A stretch of DNA of 37,809 nt from a virus (lineage: Duplodnaviria > Heunggongvirae > Uroviricota > Caudoviricetes), in the IMG/VR virus record IMGVR_UViG_3300036760_000193, positions 155,395 through 193,203 of that record; one strand, 5' to 3'. This document shows, piece after piece, positions 36,482-37,809 of the stretch (its first letter is position 1; each line of letters opens with the position of its first letter). A model generated the notes under the pieces. The model had not been told where the DNA came from and did no database searches. It saw only the letters and a program-made list of their open reading frames with translations. Made by a program: the position numbers and the translations under genes.

Positions 36482-36757
36482 TTATTCTATCCCTATACTG
36501 CCGGGTAATGGAAGACAGGCTTGTACCTTATCAGGTGCCTTTCGATCTTCTGGTTTTTGTGGCTGCGGCTTTTGTTTATCCTTTCTGGGGATAAGCCGGA
36601 GCCAAATTCTTGCTTCATCAGCTATCTGAAATGTCGTCATTTTTCCTAGACACTTGTCGCAGGGGAACTTGGTATCTTTCTGGTTTTTACGCTTAAAGAA
36701 CCCACCTGGGTCTAAAACCAGCCAATGACATTTATAACAAACTGACGTTGCGCTCAT
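36482..36757 (-). CDS. Small zinc-ribbon protein
   Basis: CYKC...CDKC; the ATG is the end of motif copy 4. Confidence 0.55.
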   Translation of the reverse strand: MSATSVCYKCHWLVLDPGGFFKRKNQKDTKFPCDKCLGKMTTFQIADEARIWLRLIPRKDKQKPQPQKPEDRKAPDKVQACLPLPGSIGIE

Positions 36758-36781
36758 ATAAATATTCGAAAATATTATACC
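36755..36781 (-). promoter_or_regulatory. Conserved dyad motif, copy 4 (27-bp core)
   Basis: - strand GGTATAATATTTTCGAATATTTATATG. Confidence 0.65.
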
Positions 36782-37071
36782 TATTCGGCTTTGGTCTCTT
36801 CAACCTTGGCAACTTCAGCGGGGGTGGGAGTCGCCAGCTTCTCTGCTTCTGCTTTGGCGGTTTCTGCATCCTTCGCGTTCACTTCACGGATTTTTTCGCT
36901 CAAAGCTTCTTTGAACTCCGTTTCAGTGATAATGCCCTTTTTGAAGAGAAGGCTTTTCAACGTTTCATCGAATAATGCTTCACCAGAGAATCCCAGCTGC
37001 ATGTGATATGCAATGGCGTTGATTGCCCTTTTGTATTCATCCAACTGTGCTATGATTGTTGCGTCTCTCAT
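36781..37071 (-). CDS. Hypothetical helical protein
   Basis: AAGGAG RBS; 'LLFKKGIITETEF' SHOCT-like motif. Confidence 0.65.
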   Translation of the reverse strand: MRDATIIAQLDEYKRAINAIAYHMQLGFSGEALFDETLKSLLFKKGIITETEFKEALSEKIREVNAKDAETAKAEAEKLATPTPAEVAKVEETKAE

Positions 37072-37081
37072 GTCGAACTCC

Positions 37082-37594
37082 TTACTTTGATTTAATACTT
37101 CTGTACGAATCTATGACCATCTTTCCAGCCAGGTGATCCAATTCATGCTGTATGATCCTGGCATCCAGGTCTGTCATCTCAAATACGCTTTTGTCACCTT
37201 TCAAATTCTGAAACTGTACCACCACTTTCTGATATCTCTTGGTAGGCGGATACACACCTGGCGCACTCAAACACCCTTCATATAATTTGATCCGTTCTTT
37301 GGACTTGTGAATTATAATTGGATTTATAAGTGCCATCTGGCGGGTGCCTTTTTCCAGGCTCACCACGCAGAACTGTTTATTTATACCTACCTGGTTGGCC
37401 GAGAGGCCAACACCCCGATTTATACGCATTGTAGCGATCATTTTCCCTGCAAGCTCCATAAGGGAGTCATCTATAACCGTTACTGGTTCACAGGTGGTCT
37501 GTAAGACTTTATCGGTGTACAGGCGTATGTACAGCTTGTCTGATGGGGCGATTATTTGAGACGTTTGGGCGTCTTGGCTGGTCTGGTCTTCCAT
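37082..37594 (-). CDS. def: Peptide deformylase
   Basis: All three motifs: GVGLSANQVG, EGCLS, QHELDH. Start placed at MEDQ (ATG 37592-37594). Confidence 0.92.
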   Translation of the reverse strand: MEDQTSQDAQTSQIIAPSDKLYIRLYTDKVLQTTCEPVTVIDDSLMELAGKMIATMRINRGVGLSANQVGINKQFCVVSLEKGTRQMALINPIIIHKSKERIKLYEGCLSAPGVYPPTKRYQKVVVQFQNLKGDKSVFEMTDLDARIIQHELDHLAGKMVIDSYRSIKSK

Positions 37595-37809
37595 AATTTG
37601 TTTTCCCGTTATTATAATGCTGTTTTTTATCATCCCACACACCCTTTTTCTTGTATGTATGGGCATCCTTCTCTTTCTTCTGGTTGAGGCGGTAGTAAAA
37701 TTTCTGGCGTTGAAGGTAACGCTTACGGCCAGGAGATTGAAAGGACTGGCGTTCCTTAAGCTCATTCATGAGACCTTCCTTCATGATGATTTTCTTGAAT
37801 TGCGATAGT
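37509..37809 (-). CDS. rpsU: Ribosomal protein bS21 homologue with C-terminal extension, partial (5' end beyond right edge)
   Basis: Frame open to the edge: LSQFKKIIMKEGLMNELKERQSFQSPGRKRY, matching the bS21 pattern L..FK+....G...E.+.R..(F/Y)..P...R. Confidence 0.75.
   Translation of the reverse strand, partial: LSQFKKIIMKEGLMNELKERQSFQSPGRKRYLQRQKFYYRLNQKKEKDAHTYKKKGVWDDKKQHYNNGKTNYGRPDQPRRPNVSNNRPIRQAVHTPVHR

Noticed and set aside
9206-36781. 31-bp repeat as a CRISPR repeat or att/terminal repeat
   Set aside because: Copies are kilobases apart, intergenic and co-oriented with transcription; no spacer array, cas gene or integrase.
37595-37765. N-terminal extension of peptide deformylase in the track (227 aa)
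   Set aside because: It overlaps the bS21-like frame and has no deformylase similarity; the ATG at 37594 gives a normal length.
3226-37808. All + strand ORFs in the track and short alternative-frame - strand ORFs
   Set aside because: They lie wholly within longer motif-bearing - strand genes, lack RBSs and read as antisense or frame shadows.
1-37809. Alternative genetic code (stop-codon reassignment)
   Set aside because: Code 11 gives dense, intact genes, and TAA, TAG (18408, 29532) and TGA (18868, 11413) all end genes at sensible places.
1-37809. tRNA, rRNA or group I intron
   Set aside because: No cloverleaf/T-loop signature noticed in the short intergenic gaps, and the EndoVII genes do not interrupt a split gene.

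Overview
Head-morphogenesis region of a large tailed dsDNA phage (standard genetic code, strong AGGAG-type RBSs, every supported gene on the - strand). In transcription order (right to left): partial ribosomal protein bS21 homologue, peptide deformylase, small Zn-binding proteins, two large modular proteins, a signal-peptide trypsin-like protease, an endonuclease VII gene, a 2693-aa multidomain protein, a second endonuclease VII gene, two more modular proteins, holin-like gene, terminase large subunit, portal, mini MuF-like protein, prohead protease/scaffold, decoration protein, major capsid protein, terminator and two fibre-like proteins (one runs off the left edge). Main candidate discovery: the 2693-aa ORF looks like a polyprotein. 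About 16 modules (nucleotidyltransferase, HAD phosphatase, Acb1-like 2H phosphoesterase, SAM-lyase-like domain, YwlE-like phosphatase, seven copies of one unknown domain, two of another) are each separated by a K-x-A motif. The same motif punctuates the protease/scaffold and several neighbouring proteins. This suggests a capsid-packaged, prohead-protease-processed counter-defence cargo. Cleavage and packaging are inferred, not shown. A 31-bp dyad motif recurs four times upstream of gene blocks. All family assignments come from motif recognition by eye; no database searches were run.
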